Shown: positions 30,663 to 39,336 of the stretch, one piece after another
Position numbering within the stretch: position 1 is the stretch's first letter
Layout: every line of letters begins with the position of its first letter
NCBI GenBank assembly: GCA_043801585.1
Contig: JAZDLX010000200.1
Location: forward strand, 1-64,000
Origin: a bacterium
Lineage (GTDB): Bacteria > Electryoneota > Electryoneia > Electryoneales > Electryoneaceae
Reading direction: 5' to 3'
DNA length: 64,000 nt
Translations under genes and position numbers: made by a program
The notes under the pieces: generated by a model
Told to the model about the DNA's origin: nothing
Seen by the model: only the letters and a program-made list of their open reading frames with translations
The model's database searches: none

Positions 30663-31916
30663 TTAAGAATCCTGAAGGATTGCAGCGGCGTAACTGACCA
30701 TCTGATTCGCATCAGGGGAAACGAATTGCTGGTAATCGACTACGACTCCTTTTGATCCTTCCAGCAGGCGGAGCACAAGATAGGTGGCATTCAGACCGCA
30801 GATGCGCCGTTTGTTGTCGTCTTTCATGATGCTGCGCCACCACCCGTCCGCATCAGCACTTTTCACCGCCTGCAGGGCTTCCAGGTCATAACGGGCGATG
30901 TCCGTGCGGATTCGATCGTTGACCTCGGAAGAATCGCCGAAATAGGGACCAGTATGGGCAAAATCGACACTTGCGACCCAAATGACGGATCCTTCATGCG
31001 ACTCTTCGATCTCCTTGAGGGCGGCAATCACCTGTTCAACGTCCTGATCGTCGCGGGGGGTCCCGGACGCGGAGGGCGAAAGGATGCCTGCGACGAGGGG
31101 GAGAAGGGTGACCTTCCTGCCCTTCAGCAGGTGTTGCAACCAGACGATCTGAAGTTCCACCGAATGTTCGCTGCGGTGCGCCCATTCGTTGATAAATGGC
31201 TTCTCGCCCAAACGTTCACGTAACACTTGAAGTGCGTTAGTGTCGCTCTTCAGAGCACCAAAGGGGGTCTCAAAATCCTTTGATGCAGCAACTAACGGGT
31301 ATCCAGCCCCCTGATGGGCAACTCCAATGATTCCCAACAGGATTGGATCCCGTAAATCATCAATCAATGAAAGGATTTCTCGGTAACCACGCCCGTAGGT
31401 CATGCCACCACGGGCAAAATCGATATGCGGAAGGATCAGGCCGCGCAACATCTTTCCTGGAGCGGAAAATTCCGCTTCGCGATCATCGTCAGGGGGAGAC
31501 GCAAGAAGTCCGTCAAAAAACGCTGCAAGCTCATCCGCATCGTCAGGGTACCCCGTACCGGCGAGAGCGGGAGGACGGGTTTTCAGCTTCCGGTAGTCCT
31601 CTTCCATTCGCATTCTCAACTGATGGAATTGCGGGGTCTCCAGCATATGGGAATCTCGAAGCAACTGGATTACCGCCTCGAGTTCCTCGATGTTTACGGG
31701 AATGCCGGTTTTGTTTTCGAATTCATTTGCGATTTCCGCCGCTGTCCTGGAACCGTCGATCAGGGATAGCAGGGGAGCAGCACCGAGGGCTACAGCGATC
31801 GCCTTGTCGGTGAAACCCTGTGGATCGCGCAGTATCAAATATTGCTGGCCGTTTTCCTCAAACGGGAACGTTTCCACTGGACGCAGGGCTGGAATGGGTT
31901 CAGCACTGACTGCCAT
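30663..31916 (-). CDS. MEMO1-family protein (AmmeMemoRadiSam protein B) with N-terminal PqqD/RRE-like extension
   Basis: 'AGTGYP', 'ILPHID', 'GVAH', 'FETPFG', 'HRSEHSVELQ', 'SVDFAHTG', 'ICG', 'VSYAA'. Confidence 0.88.
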   Translation of the reverse strand: MAVSAEPIPALRPVETFPFEENGQQYLILRDPQGFTDKAIAVALGAAPLLSLIDGSRTAAEIANEFENKTGIPVNIEELEAVIQLLRDSHMLETPQFHQLRMRMEEDYRKLKTRPPALAGTGYPDDADELAAFFDGLLASPPDDDREAEFSAPGKMLRGLILPHIDFARGGMTYGRGYREILSLIDDLRDPILLGIIGVAHQGAGYPLVAASKDFETPFGALKSDTNALQVLRERLGEKPFINEWAHRSEHSVELQIVWLQHLLKGRKVTLLPLVAGILSPSASGTPRDDQDVEQVIAALKEIEESHEGSVIWVASVDFAHTGPYFGDSSEVNDRIRTDIARYDLEALQAVKSADADGWWRSIMKDDNKRRICGLNATYLVLRLLEGSKGVVVDYQQFVSPDANQMVSYAAAILQDS

Positions 31917-32023
31917 GTACGGTCTCCCCTGAAATGGACTCGCTGTCCAATATGCAGCCACAAGATCACTGGCGACGACGCCAATATGACCACCGGCGAT
32001 TACTCTGGCAACAGGCACCCTGA

Positions 32024-32049
32024 GAAAACGGCACCCGACCGGGTGCCGT
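32024..32049 (-). terminator. Intrinsic terminator after argF
   Basis: ACGGCACCC/GGGTGCCGT stem followed by TTTT on the minus strand. Confidence 0.65.
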
Positions 32050-32077
32050 CCATAGGGTCTTGTGCTTCCGAATCAGA

Positions 32078-32986
32078 TCATCCGCAGAGGGTGACCAGGA
32101 TGGCTTTTTGGGCGTGGAGACGGTTTTCCGCTTCGTCAAAGACCACGCTCTGGGGTCCATCGATCACCTCGTCCGTGATTTCCCGTCCCCGTTCGGCGGG
32201 CAGGCAGTGCAAAACAATTGCGCTTTCCTTCGCCTTGCTCATCAAGGTGCTGTTGATCTGGAAATTTTTCAACAGTTCTGCGCGAGCGCCGGCTTTTTCC
32301 TTCTCACCCATGGAAGCCCAGACGTCCGTGTAAACCACATCAGCATCGGCAACCGCATCGAAGGGATCATTGAGCACCTCCACTTTCGCCCCTTCGGACT
32401 TGGCGATATCCACCAGTTCACCGGGGTGCGTCTCTTTCACGGTACCGATGCGCAAGGTGAAATCGAGACGGCGGGCGGCATTGATCCAGCTTCGTGCCAC
32501 GTTGTTCCCGTCCCCAAGGTAAGTGATCACCTTGCCCTGATAGGTCCCGAGATGCTCCTGAATCGTCATCAAGTCGGCCAACACCTGGCAGGGATGGGTG
32601 AAATCGGTCAATGCGTTGATCACCGGAACCGTAGAGTATTCCGCGAGTTCTTCGATGTTTTTATGGCTGAAGGTGCGGATAACGATGCCGTCCACATAAC
32701 GACTGAGGACTCTTGCCACATCGGGGATCGATTCCCGAACCCCCAGTTCGATTTCCTTGTCCGTGATGTACATCGCGGTGCCGCCCAACTGCGCAATGCC
32801 GACTTCAAAACTGACACGCGTTCTGAGGCTGGCCTTGTGGAAAATAGTGGCGAAGCACTTGCCTGCCAGGGGAGTCGGACACTGACCCTGCTTGGTGAGT
32901 CCCTTCAACTCCACGGCGAGGTCAAACGTCTTTTTCAACTCCTCAGTGGTAAAATCCGTAATCTGAAGGAAATCCCGCTTAGCCAT
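32078..32986 (-). CDS. argF: Ornithine carbamoyltransferase
   Basis: 'SLRTRVSF', 'HPCQ', 'DGNNV', 'YTDVWASMG', 'HCLP', 'AENRLH'. Confidence 0.96.
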   Translation of the reverse strand: MAKRDFLQITDFTTEELKKTFDLAVELKGLTKQGQCPTPLAGKCFATIFHKASLRTRVSFEVGIAQLGGTAMYITDKEIELGVRESIPDVARVLSRYVDGIVIRTFSHKNIEELAEYSTVPVINALTDFTHPCQVLADLMTIQEHLGTYQGKVITYLGDGNNVARSWINAARRLDFTLRIGTVKETHPGELVDIAKSEGAKVEVLNDPFDAVADADVVYTDVWASMGEKEKAGARAELLKNFQINSTLMSKAKESAIVLHCLPAERGREITDEVIDGPQSVVFDEAENRLHAQKAILVTLCG

Positions 32987-33284
32987 CGCAGCCGCCTCCT
33001 CTTTCTGCCGTTTCCGGTGACATCAAAGCCTGCGTAAGGTAGCCGAACGGGAAAGGGGGAGCAAGATGCCTCGCGGGCATCTGCCCCGGGAAATGGGTGA
33101 CGGATGCCGTTTTCTGAAGAGAAACTCGCAAAAGATGAGAAAAACCGTCATATCGTGCATTCCTAACCTCTCAAGAACGGTAGGGGGGACTCGCACCGCA
33201 CATTTATCCGTTGCATTTTGCGTATTTTAACCGCTTGATTGTGAAGGTGAACAGCGATACACTCCCCGGACAAAGGTTTGCCTT

Positions 33285-34316
33285 ATGCATGAAAAGCTCG
33301 TCGAATTGCATCAAATCCGAGAAAAGTTCGATCAGGATGCTTCCGCTGTAACCGGTACGGACCAAGCGGAGGAACTGCGGGTACGTTACCTCGGCCGGAA
33401 AGGGATCATCTCGGGACTTTTCAAGAATATTTCGACACTCCCAGACGATCTTCGCGGACAATACGGCAAAGAACTTAACGAATTGAAAATCGCCGCCACC
33501 GAAAAGATTGAATCCCTGCTCATCTCCGGAAAAGGCACGTCGGCTGAGAGCGATTTCGACCCCACCTTGCCCGCCAGAACAATGTTCGAGGGGTCGCTGC
33601 ACCCGATGACATTGATCGAACGGGAAGCGAAGCGGATTTTTCAACGGATGGGCTTTTCCATCGAACGCGGCCCGGAGATCGAAGACACCTGGCACAATTT
33701 TGACGCCTTGAACACACCTGAGTGGCATCCTTCGCGGGATACTTCCGACAGCCTTTACCTGGCCAACAAAAGCGGATACCTGCTGCGAACCGAAACCAGC
33801 CCGATCCAGATTCGAGTGTTGGAAAAACGGAAACCGCCGATTCGGATCGTCGGGCCGGGAAGGGTTTTCCGCAACGACAAGCCCGACGCAACCCACCATC
33901 CCTCATTTACCCAGATGGAAGGGTTGTACGTGGACCGTGGCGTCACCTTCGCGGACCTGAAAGGTACGGTACTCGAGTTTTATCGCCAGATGTTCGGGAG
34001 CAATGTTCGTACGCGTTTCCGGCCGCACTTTTTCCCGTTCACGGAACCTTCTGCGGAAGTTGATGTCAGTTGCCCCTTTTGCGGTGGCGACGGCTGCCGC
34101 ATCTGCAAACAATCCGGCTGGATCGAAATGGGCGGTTCGGGGATGGTGGACCCGAACGTGCTCGAGACCGTTGGTATCGATTCTGAGGAATTCACCGGCT
34201 GGGCATTCGGCCTGGGAATCGAACGGTTGGCGATGCTTCTCTACGACGTCGAGGACATTCGACTTTTCTACGAAAACGATGTGCGGTTCCTCTCGCAGTT
34301 CGGAGGCAGGCGATGA
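33285..34316 (+). CDS. pheS: Phenylalanine-tRNA ligase alpha subunit
   Basis: 'NFDALN..HPSR', 'LLRTETS', 'FPFTEPS', 'AFGLGIERL'. Confidence 0.99.
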   Translation: MHEKLVELHQIREKFDQDASAVTGTDQAEELRVRYLGRKGIISGLFKNISTLPDDLRGQYGKELNELKIAATEKIESLLISGKGTSAESDFDPTLPARTMFEGSLHPMTLIEREAKRIFQRMGFSIERGPEIEDTWHNFDALNTPEWHPSRDTSDSLYLANKSGYLLRTETSPIQIRVLEKRKPPIRIVGPGRVFRNDKPDATHHPSFTQMEGLYVDRGVTFADLKGTVLEFYRQMFGSNVRTRFRPHFFPFTEPSAEVDVSCPFCGGDGCRICKQSGWIEMGGSGMVDPNVLETVGIDSEEFTGWAFGLGIERLAMLLYDVEDIRLFYENDVRFLSQFGGRR

Positions 34317-36721
34317 AGGTCTCGGTCAACTGGTTGCGGACATTCGTCGATTTCGATGAAACCCCGGAGCAGATTGCGGAACGAGTCACCTTTGGCGCCT
34401 TTGAACTGGAAGACCTGGAGAAGGTTCAGCGTCATCTTCGCGGGCTCATTGTCGGCAAAATTCTCGAATCGAAAAAGCACCCCGATGCGGACAAACTCTC
34501 CGTTACAAAAGTCGATATCGGCGGCGAAATCCTGACGATCGTCTGCGGTGCACCGAACTGCCGGGAAGGTTTGCTCGTAGCGGTTGCAAAACCGGGAGTG
34601 AAACTCGGCGACCTCACCGTGGAGACCCGCACACTGCGTGGTGTCACCTCACAGGGAATGATCCTCTCCGAGCGGGAGATGGGGCTGACGGACGATCATA
34701 GCGGGATCCTGGTCTTCGACGATTCCATGACCGCAGGGCAAAAGCTCGACGACCTTGTGGAGGACGAAGATACGATCCTCGATTTCGAGATCACGGTCAA
34801 CCGGCCGGACGCCCTTTCCCATCTGGGCCTGGCCCGTGAAATTGCCGCCTACCTTGGGAAACCGTTGCGCATTCCCGCTTTCAATGTCAAGGAAGAGGGT
34901 GACCCGGTGTCGAAACGGGTCAATGTGGAAATCGCCGACCCCGCGCAAGGTCCACGGTATGTCGCTCGTGTCGTCGAAGGTGCAACGGTCAAACCATCCC
35001 CGCTGTGGATGCGTGCGCTGCTCCATTCGCTCGGACAGCGGCCGATCAACAACATCGTCGATATTACGAACTATGTCCTCTTCGAGCTGGGGCACCCCCT
35101 TCACGCCTTCGACTGCCATCTCGTTAAGGACGGTCACATCATCGTCCGTTTGGCGAAAGAGGGCGAAAAGCTTGTCACGCTCGACGACCGCGAGCACACC
35201 CTGACCTCCGATGATCTGCTGATTGCCGATCCGGAGCGTGGGGTCGGGCTGGCGGGCGTCATGGGGGGTGCAAACAGCGAAGTGGGCGAGGAGACGAAAG
35301 ACATTCTGATCGAAGCCGCCTATTTCGACCCACCGACGATTCGTCGCACCGCCAAACGTCACGGCTTTTCGACAGAAGCCTCCCGCCGTTTTGAGCGGGG
35401 AGCGGACCCTTCGATGCCGCCGAACGCCGCTGCACGGTGCGCGGAACTGATGCGCAAGTACGCTGATGGAAAGGTACTTAAGGGTGCAGTTGACGCCTAT
35501 CCGAAGCCGATTGGTCCGCGTAAGATTGCAGTTCGTCCCAGCCGTGCCAGCCTTCTTCTCGGAATGGAGATCGGAGTTGACCTGGCGAAAAAATCACTCG
35601 AGTCGCTGACTCTGCCAGCGAAAAAAACGGGGGACGATGTACTGACGGTTACCGTGCCTACTTACCGCATGGACCTCGAGCGGGAGGTTGACCTGATCGA
35701 GGAGATCGCACGAATCGTCGGGTATAACGAGGTGCCCACCGCCGAAACGTCGCGCGTTGTTCTGCAGACTCGTCAGGATCCCCGTGAAGAACTTTATGAC
35801 ACGGCCATCGACCTGATGATCGGAATGGGTTTCAGGGAGATCGTACTCCCCGGAATGACATCGGGGAAGGACCAGGAAGAGTTCCAGGGCGGGCTTTCTC
35901 CTTACATCATCGACCGTCCAATCAGCCCTGATATGGGTGTCTACCGCGCGTCGTTGCTCCCTGGCATTTTGCGAACGATTGAGCGAAATCTGAACGTAGG
36001 CTTTGAAGATCTGCGCCTTGTTGAAACGGGACAGGTGGGGGGAAAGGGCTGGTTCGGAATTGAAGGCGGACAACGCCGTCATCTCGCTTTCGCCATCACA
36101 GGCCACGCCTGGCCACCTTCATATGATGGTTCCGGTAAAGCAGTCGATCTCCCCTTTATCAAAGGGGTTATCGCTTTGCTTTCTCGAGGATTATCGCTTG
36201 ACAAGTTCCCGGATTTTTCCTATGATACTCCTGGCAGCATCCAGCAAGGAATTGTCCTGAAAGGGAAGGATGGCAAGAACGTTCTGATTGCGGGCCTGCT
36301 GGTCAACGAGGTTGCCAAATCGTTCGGAATCGAAGTTCCTGTTTATGTATGCGAAGTCGATCTCGATCGCTGGGCGTCGGCAACATCGGACATGTTGAAA
36401 CGGCCGGGTAGTACCGAGGGATATCGAGCCTTCTCACGATTCCCGGCAAACACACGAGATGTAGCGTTCATCGCTGTTACGTCCGTTCGTTTCGAGACGT
36501 TGCTGGCGGCAATCGGCAAAGCCGGCGGTGATCTGCTTGAAGATGTATCACTATTCGATTTGTACGAGGGCAAGCCGCTTGAAAAGGATCAACGCAGCCT
36601 CGCGTTTCGACTCATTTTCCGTGCCGGGGACCACACACTTTCCGACGAGGAGGTGGATCCTGTCATCCGCGAGGTCATCCAAGCGGCCGAACATCTCGGC
36701 GGAGTTCGTCTGCGGTCGTAG
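34313..36721 (+). CDS. pheT: Phenylalanine-tRNA ligase beta subunit
   Basis: 'HPDADKL', 'IVCGAPN', 'NRPDALS', 'INNIVDITNY', 'RFERG', C-terminal FDX-ACB domain. Confidence 0.99.
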   Translation: MKVSVNWLRTFVDFDETPEQIAERVTFGAFELEDLEKVQRHLRGLIVGKILESKKHPDADKLSVTKVDIGGEILTIVCGAPNCREGLLVAVAKPGVKLGDLTVETRTLRGVTSQGMILSEREMGLTDDHSGILVFDDSMTAGQKLDDLVEDEDTILDFEITVNRPDALSHLGLAREIAAYLGKPLRIPAFNVKEEGDPVSKRVNVEIADPAQGPRYVARVVEGATVKPSPLWMRALLHSLGQRPINNIVDITNYVLFELGHPLHAFDCHLVKDGHIIVRLAKEGEKLVTLDDREHTLTSDDLLIADPERGVGLAGVMGGANSEVGEETKDILIEAAYFDPPTIRRTAKRHGFSTEASRRFERGADPSMPPNAAARCAELMRKYADGKVLKGAVDAYPKPIGPRKIAVRPSRASLLLGMEIGVDLAKKSLESLTLPAKKTGDDVLTVTVPTYRMDLEREVDLIEEIARIVGYNEVPTAETSRVVLQTRQDPREELYDTAIDLMIGMGFREIVLPGMTSGKDQEEFQGGLSPYIIDRPISPDMGVYRASLLPGILRTIERNLNVGFEDLRLVETGQVGGKGWFGIEGGQRRHLAFAITGHAWPPSYDGSGKAVDLPFIKGVIALLSRGLSLDKFPDFSYDTPGSIQQGIVLKGKDGKNVLIAGLLVNEVAKSFGIEVPVYVCEVDLDRWASATSDMLKRPGSTEGYRAFSRFPANTRDVAFIAVTSVRFETLLAAIGKAGGDLLEDVSLFDLYEGKPLEKDQRSLAFRLIFRAGDHTLSDEEVDPVIREVIQAAEHLGGVRLRS
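36198..36226 (+). promoter_or_regulatory. Near-consensus sigma70 promoter inside pheT
   Basis: TTGACA-N17-TATGAT. Confidence 0.6.
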
Positions 36722-36748
36722 AGTCCGCCTAACGCACCGGGAGTACCT

Positions 36749-37030
36749 GTGAATCCGATTGATGCATCGGTGCAAGCGGCGGTAAATCTTGATTCGATTG
36801 ACCGTAAGATCCACTTGGTTATCGAAAAAGTGGAACGGCTTGCCAAGGAAAACGAGGAGTTGAAATCTCAGCTGATGTTCACCGAACAGGAGAAGAATAC
36901 CCTCGCTCGCAAAGTCGAGCAGGTTGTTAAAGATCTTGAATCATCCCGAGGCAAAACGCGGGATCTTGAGAAAGAAGAAGCGATCCGTAAGAGAGTTCAC
37001 AGTCTGCTGAAGAAGTTGGAGCAGTTGTGA
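36749..37030 (+). CDS. ZapB-like coiled-coil cell division protein
   Basis: 93-aa heptad-rich protein between pheT and zapA; GTG start after GGGAG. Confidence 0.7.
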   Translation: MNPIDASVQAAVNLDSIDRKIHLVIEKVERLAKENEELKSQLMFTEQEKNTLARKVEQVVKDLESSRGKTRDLEKEEAIRKRVHSLLKKLEQL

Positions 37031-37075
37031 ATGTGAACAGGGATCTGTCCGCCACGGAAAGCGAGCGCTATACCC

Positions 37076-37372
37076 ATGGACGATAGCGGCAGGGTCGTTA
37101 AGGTTTCCATATTTGGACACAGCTATCCGATTCGCGCAAAGGTCGAAGACGAGGAATACATCCGAGCCATCGCCAAATATGTAGATGAAAAAATGCGTGA
37201 AATCGATGAAGCGATGAAGCCGAACTCCACGATGAAAGTGGCGATCCTGACTGCATTGAACGTTGCTGATGAGTTGATGACGATGCGTAGAGAACGTGAA
37301 GACGTCATCTTGACCTATCAGGAGAAAGTACAGGCAGTTTCTGATGCGCTCGATCTGGTGTTGAAACGTTGA
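37076..37372 (+). CDS. zapA: Cell division protein ZapA
   Basis: 'VKVSIFGHSYPI', 'IAKYVDEKM', 'AILTALNVADEL'. Confidence 0.95.
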   Translation: MDDSGRVVKVSIFGHSYPIRAKVEDEEYIRAIAKYVDEKMREIDEAMKPNSTMKVAILTALNVADELMTMRREREDVILTYQEKVQAVSDALDLVLKR

Positions 37373-37410
37373 CGGCAACACCGGCATCTGCCGGTTGAAC
37401 CGAACATAGA

Positions 37411-37587
37411 TCCCTGCACATAGGCTCACGGCCTAGATTGAGAACCAACACTCAATCGAAGGGCGTTCGGCTTCGGTCGCGAAAATCAGACCTCCCCGCT
37501 TGCGGGTTGAGGAAGGTTGACGCGATTGGGAGGACGCCCACTGTGGAATAGTAGGTTCCCAATCCTACTCCGTGAGCGTGCAGGGTT
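37411..37587 (+). ncRNA. ssrS: 6S RNA
   Basis: About 175 nt with a closing stem: CCCTGCAC(37412) pairs with GTGCAGGG(37585), and GCTCACGG with CCGTGAGC. Canonical position downstream of zapA; followed by a T-run. Confidence 0.85.
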
Positions 37588-37642
37588 TTTTATTTGGTTT
37601 CCACGCGCGGCCATCGCCGTGCCTAGGGGGGATAAAAAGGAG

Positions 37643-39199
37643 ATGGAGATGATCATCGTCGCCGCACTGGCAGGATTGGTGATCGGCGCGGGTGCAGCTT
37701 TGCTGATCAAGAACTTTTTACTGCACCAACGCATTGAGACATCGAAACTGGAGGCAAACCGGATCCTTGCAGACGCCCGCAAGGAAGCCGAAAACCTCAA
37801 ACGGGAAAAAAGCCTTGAAGCACGCGATGAAGCGATCGCGCACAAACAGCAGAAGGACAAGGAAATTGATCGTCGTTTTGATGAGCTTCGCAGATTTGAA
37901 AACCAGCTCAGGGACCAGGAAGTTAATATTGACAAGAAATTGGACCGGGCTCGCCAGCAGGAACGCGAACTGCGCGAGCTCGAGAAGAACCTGAAACACC
38001 AGACCGAATCCATTGCCGGTAAAGAGGAAAAACTCGATCGACTGGTCAAGCAAAACCAGGAGCTGCTCGAACGAACCGCCGGGATGAGTGCTGAGGAAGC
38101 CCTTGAACAATTGAAGAACAGTCTCGTCGACAAGGCTCGGGCACAGACCGCAACGATGCTCAAGGAGATGCGTGACAACGCGCGCCTGGAAGCCAACCGC
38201 GAGGCAAAAGAGTTGATCATCCAGGCAATTCAGCGCAGCGCCGCGGACCACACCGCCGAGAACACCGTTTCTGTGGTCAATCTGCCCAACGACGATGTGA
38301 AAGGAAGAATCATCGGCAGGGAGGGCCGCAATATCCGCGCACTCGAACAGGCGACTGGAGTCGACTTCATCGTTGACGACACTCCCGAGGCGGTGATCCT
38401 TTCCAGTTTCGATCCCTACCGGCGCGAAGCCGCCCGGATTGCACTCGAGAAACTCGTGATGGACGGCCGAATCCACCCGGGACGAATCGAGGAGGTTGTT
38501 GAGAAGGCGAAGAAGGAACTCGACGAACGAGTCCTGGAACTCGGCCGCAACGCCCTTATCGAAGCGAAGGTGCACGGCGTTCATCCGGAACTGAGCCGCT
38601 ACCTGGGACGTTTGCATTACCGGACTTCCTACGGGCAGAACGTGCTGAAGCACGCCATCGAGGTTTCCCACATCACCGGCCTGCTTGCCATCGAACTTGG
38701 CCTGGACGCCAAACTCGCCCGTCGTGCCGGCCTGCTGCACGACATCGGCAAGGCAATCGATCGTGAGGCGGAAGGGACGCACGTTCAGCTCGGCATGGAC
38801 CTCGCGCAGAAGTACAATGAACCTCCTGTGGTGATCAACGCCATCGGTTCCCATCATGAGGACGTGCCTGCGGACAACCCCATCAGCGTGCTTGTCGCGG
38901 CGGCGGATGCGATCAGCGGCTCACGCCCCGGCGCACGGCGCGAAACGCTCGAATCCTACATTCAGCGTTTGCACAGCCTGGAAGAGATCGCCGAGAAGTT
39001 CGAAGGAGTGAACAAGGTGTTCGCCATCCAGGCGGGTCGTGAAGTGCGGGTGATTGTCGAGAATGAAAAGATCAACGACGATCTCGCCGATGCCCTCGCG
39101 CATGACATCGCTGAAAAAATCGAGCAGGAACTCGAGTATCCCGGGCAAATCAAGGTGACCGTGATCCGGGAGTACCGCTCGGTGGAATATGCGAAGTGA
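37643..39199 (+). CDS. rny: Ribonuclease Y
   Basis: N-terminal TM, coiled coil, KH '[13 protein letters not shown]', HD 'LLHDIGK', '[10 protein letters not shown]'; AAGGAG RBS before the ATG at 37643. Confidence 0.98.
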   Translation: MEMIIVAALAGLVIGAGAALLIKNFLLHQRIETSKLEANRILADARKEAENLKREKSLEARDEAIAHKQQKDKEIDRRFDELRRFENQLRDQEVNIDKKLDRARQQERELRELEKNLKHQTESIAGKEEKLDRLVKQNQELLERTAGMSAEEALEQLKNSLVDKARAQTATMLKEMRDNARLEANREAKELIIQAIQRSAADHTAENTVSVVNLPNDDVKGRIIGREGRNIRALEQATGVDFIVDDTPEAVILSSFDPYRREAARIALEKLVMDGRIHPGRIEEVVEKAKKELDERVLELGRNALIEAKVHGVHPELSRYLGRLHYRTSYGQNVLKHAIEVSHITGLLAIELGLDAKLARRAGLLHDIGKAIDREAEGTHVQLGMDLAQKYNEPPVVINAIGSHHEDVPADNPISVLVAAADAISGSRPGARRETLESYIQRLHSLEEIAEKFEGVNKVFAIQAGREVRVIVENEKINDDLADALAHDIAEKIEQELEYPGQIKVTVIREYRSVEYAK

Positions 39200-39224
39200 T
39201 CTTACGCAGGGAGTAGAAAGTATC

Positions 39225-39253
39225 AGCCCCGGTGGTCTGCCACCGGGGCTTTG
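39225..39253 (+). terminator. Intrinsic terminator after rny
   Basis: AGCCCCGGTGG-TCTG-CCACCGGGGCT followed by TT. Confidence 0.8.
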
Positions 39254-39273
39254 TGTTGTGATGCTCGGTTTAG

Positions 39274-39324
39274 AGAGAATCCAGACAGTTTAAACCGATT
39301 GCCTGCTAAACTGTCTGGATTCTC
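39274..39324. repeat. Long inverted repeat downstream of hutH
   Basis: GAGAATCCAGACAGTTTA...TAAACTGTCTGGATTCTC, 18-bp perfect arms. Confidence 0.75.
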
Positions 39325-39336
39325 TCCTGCTTCATT

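Noticed and set aside
33000..33284. T-box, attenuator or ARG box between argF and pheS
   Set aside because: No T-box motif, Phe-rich leader peptide or convincing ARG palindrome found by eye.
37517..37642. Upstream TTG start of rny
   Set aside because: It lies within the 6S RNA; the RBS and TM anchor support the ATG at 37643.
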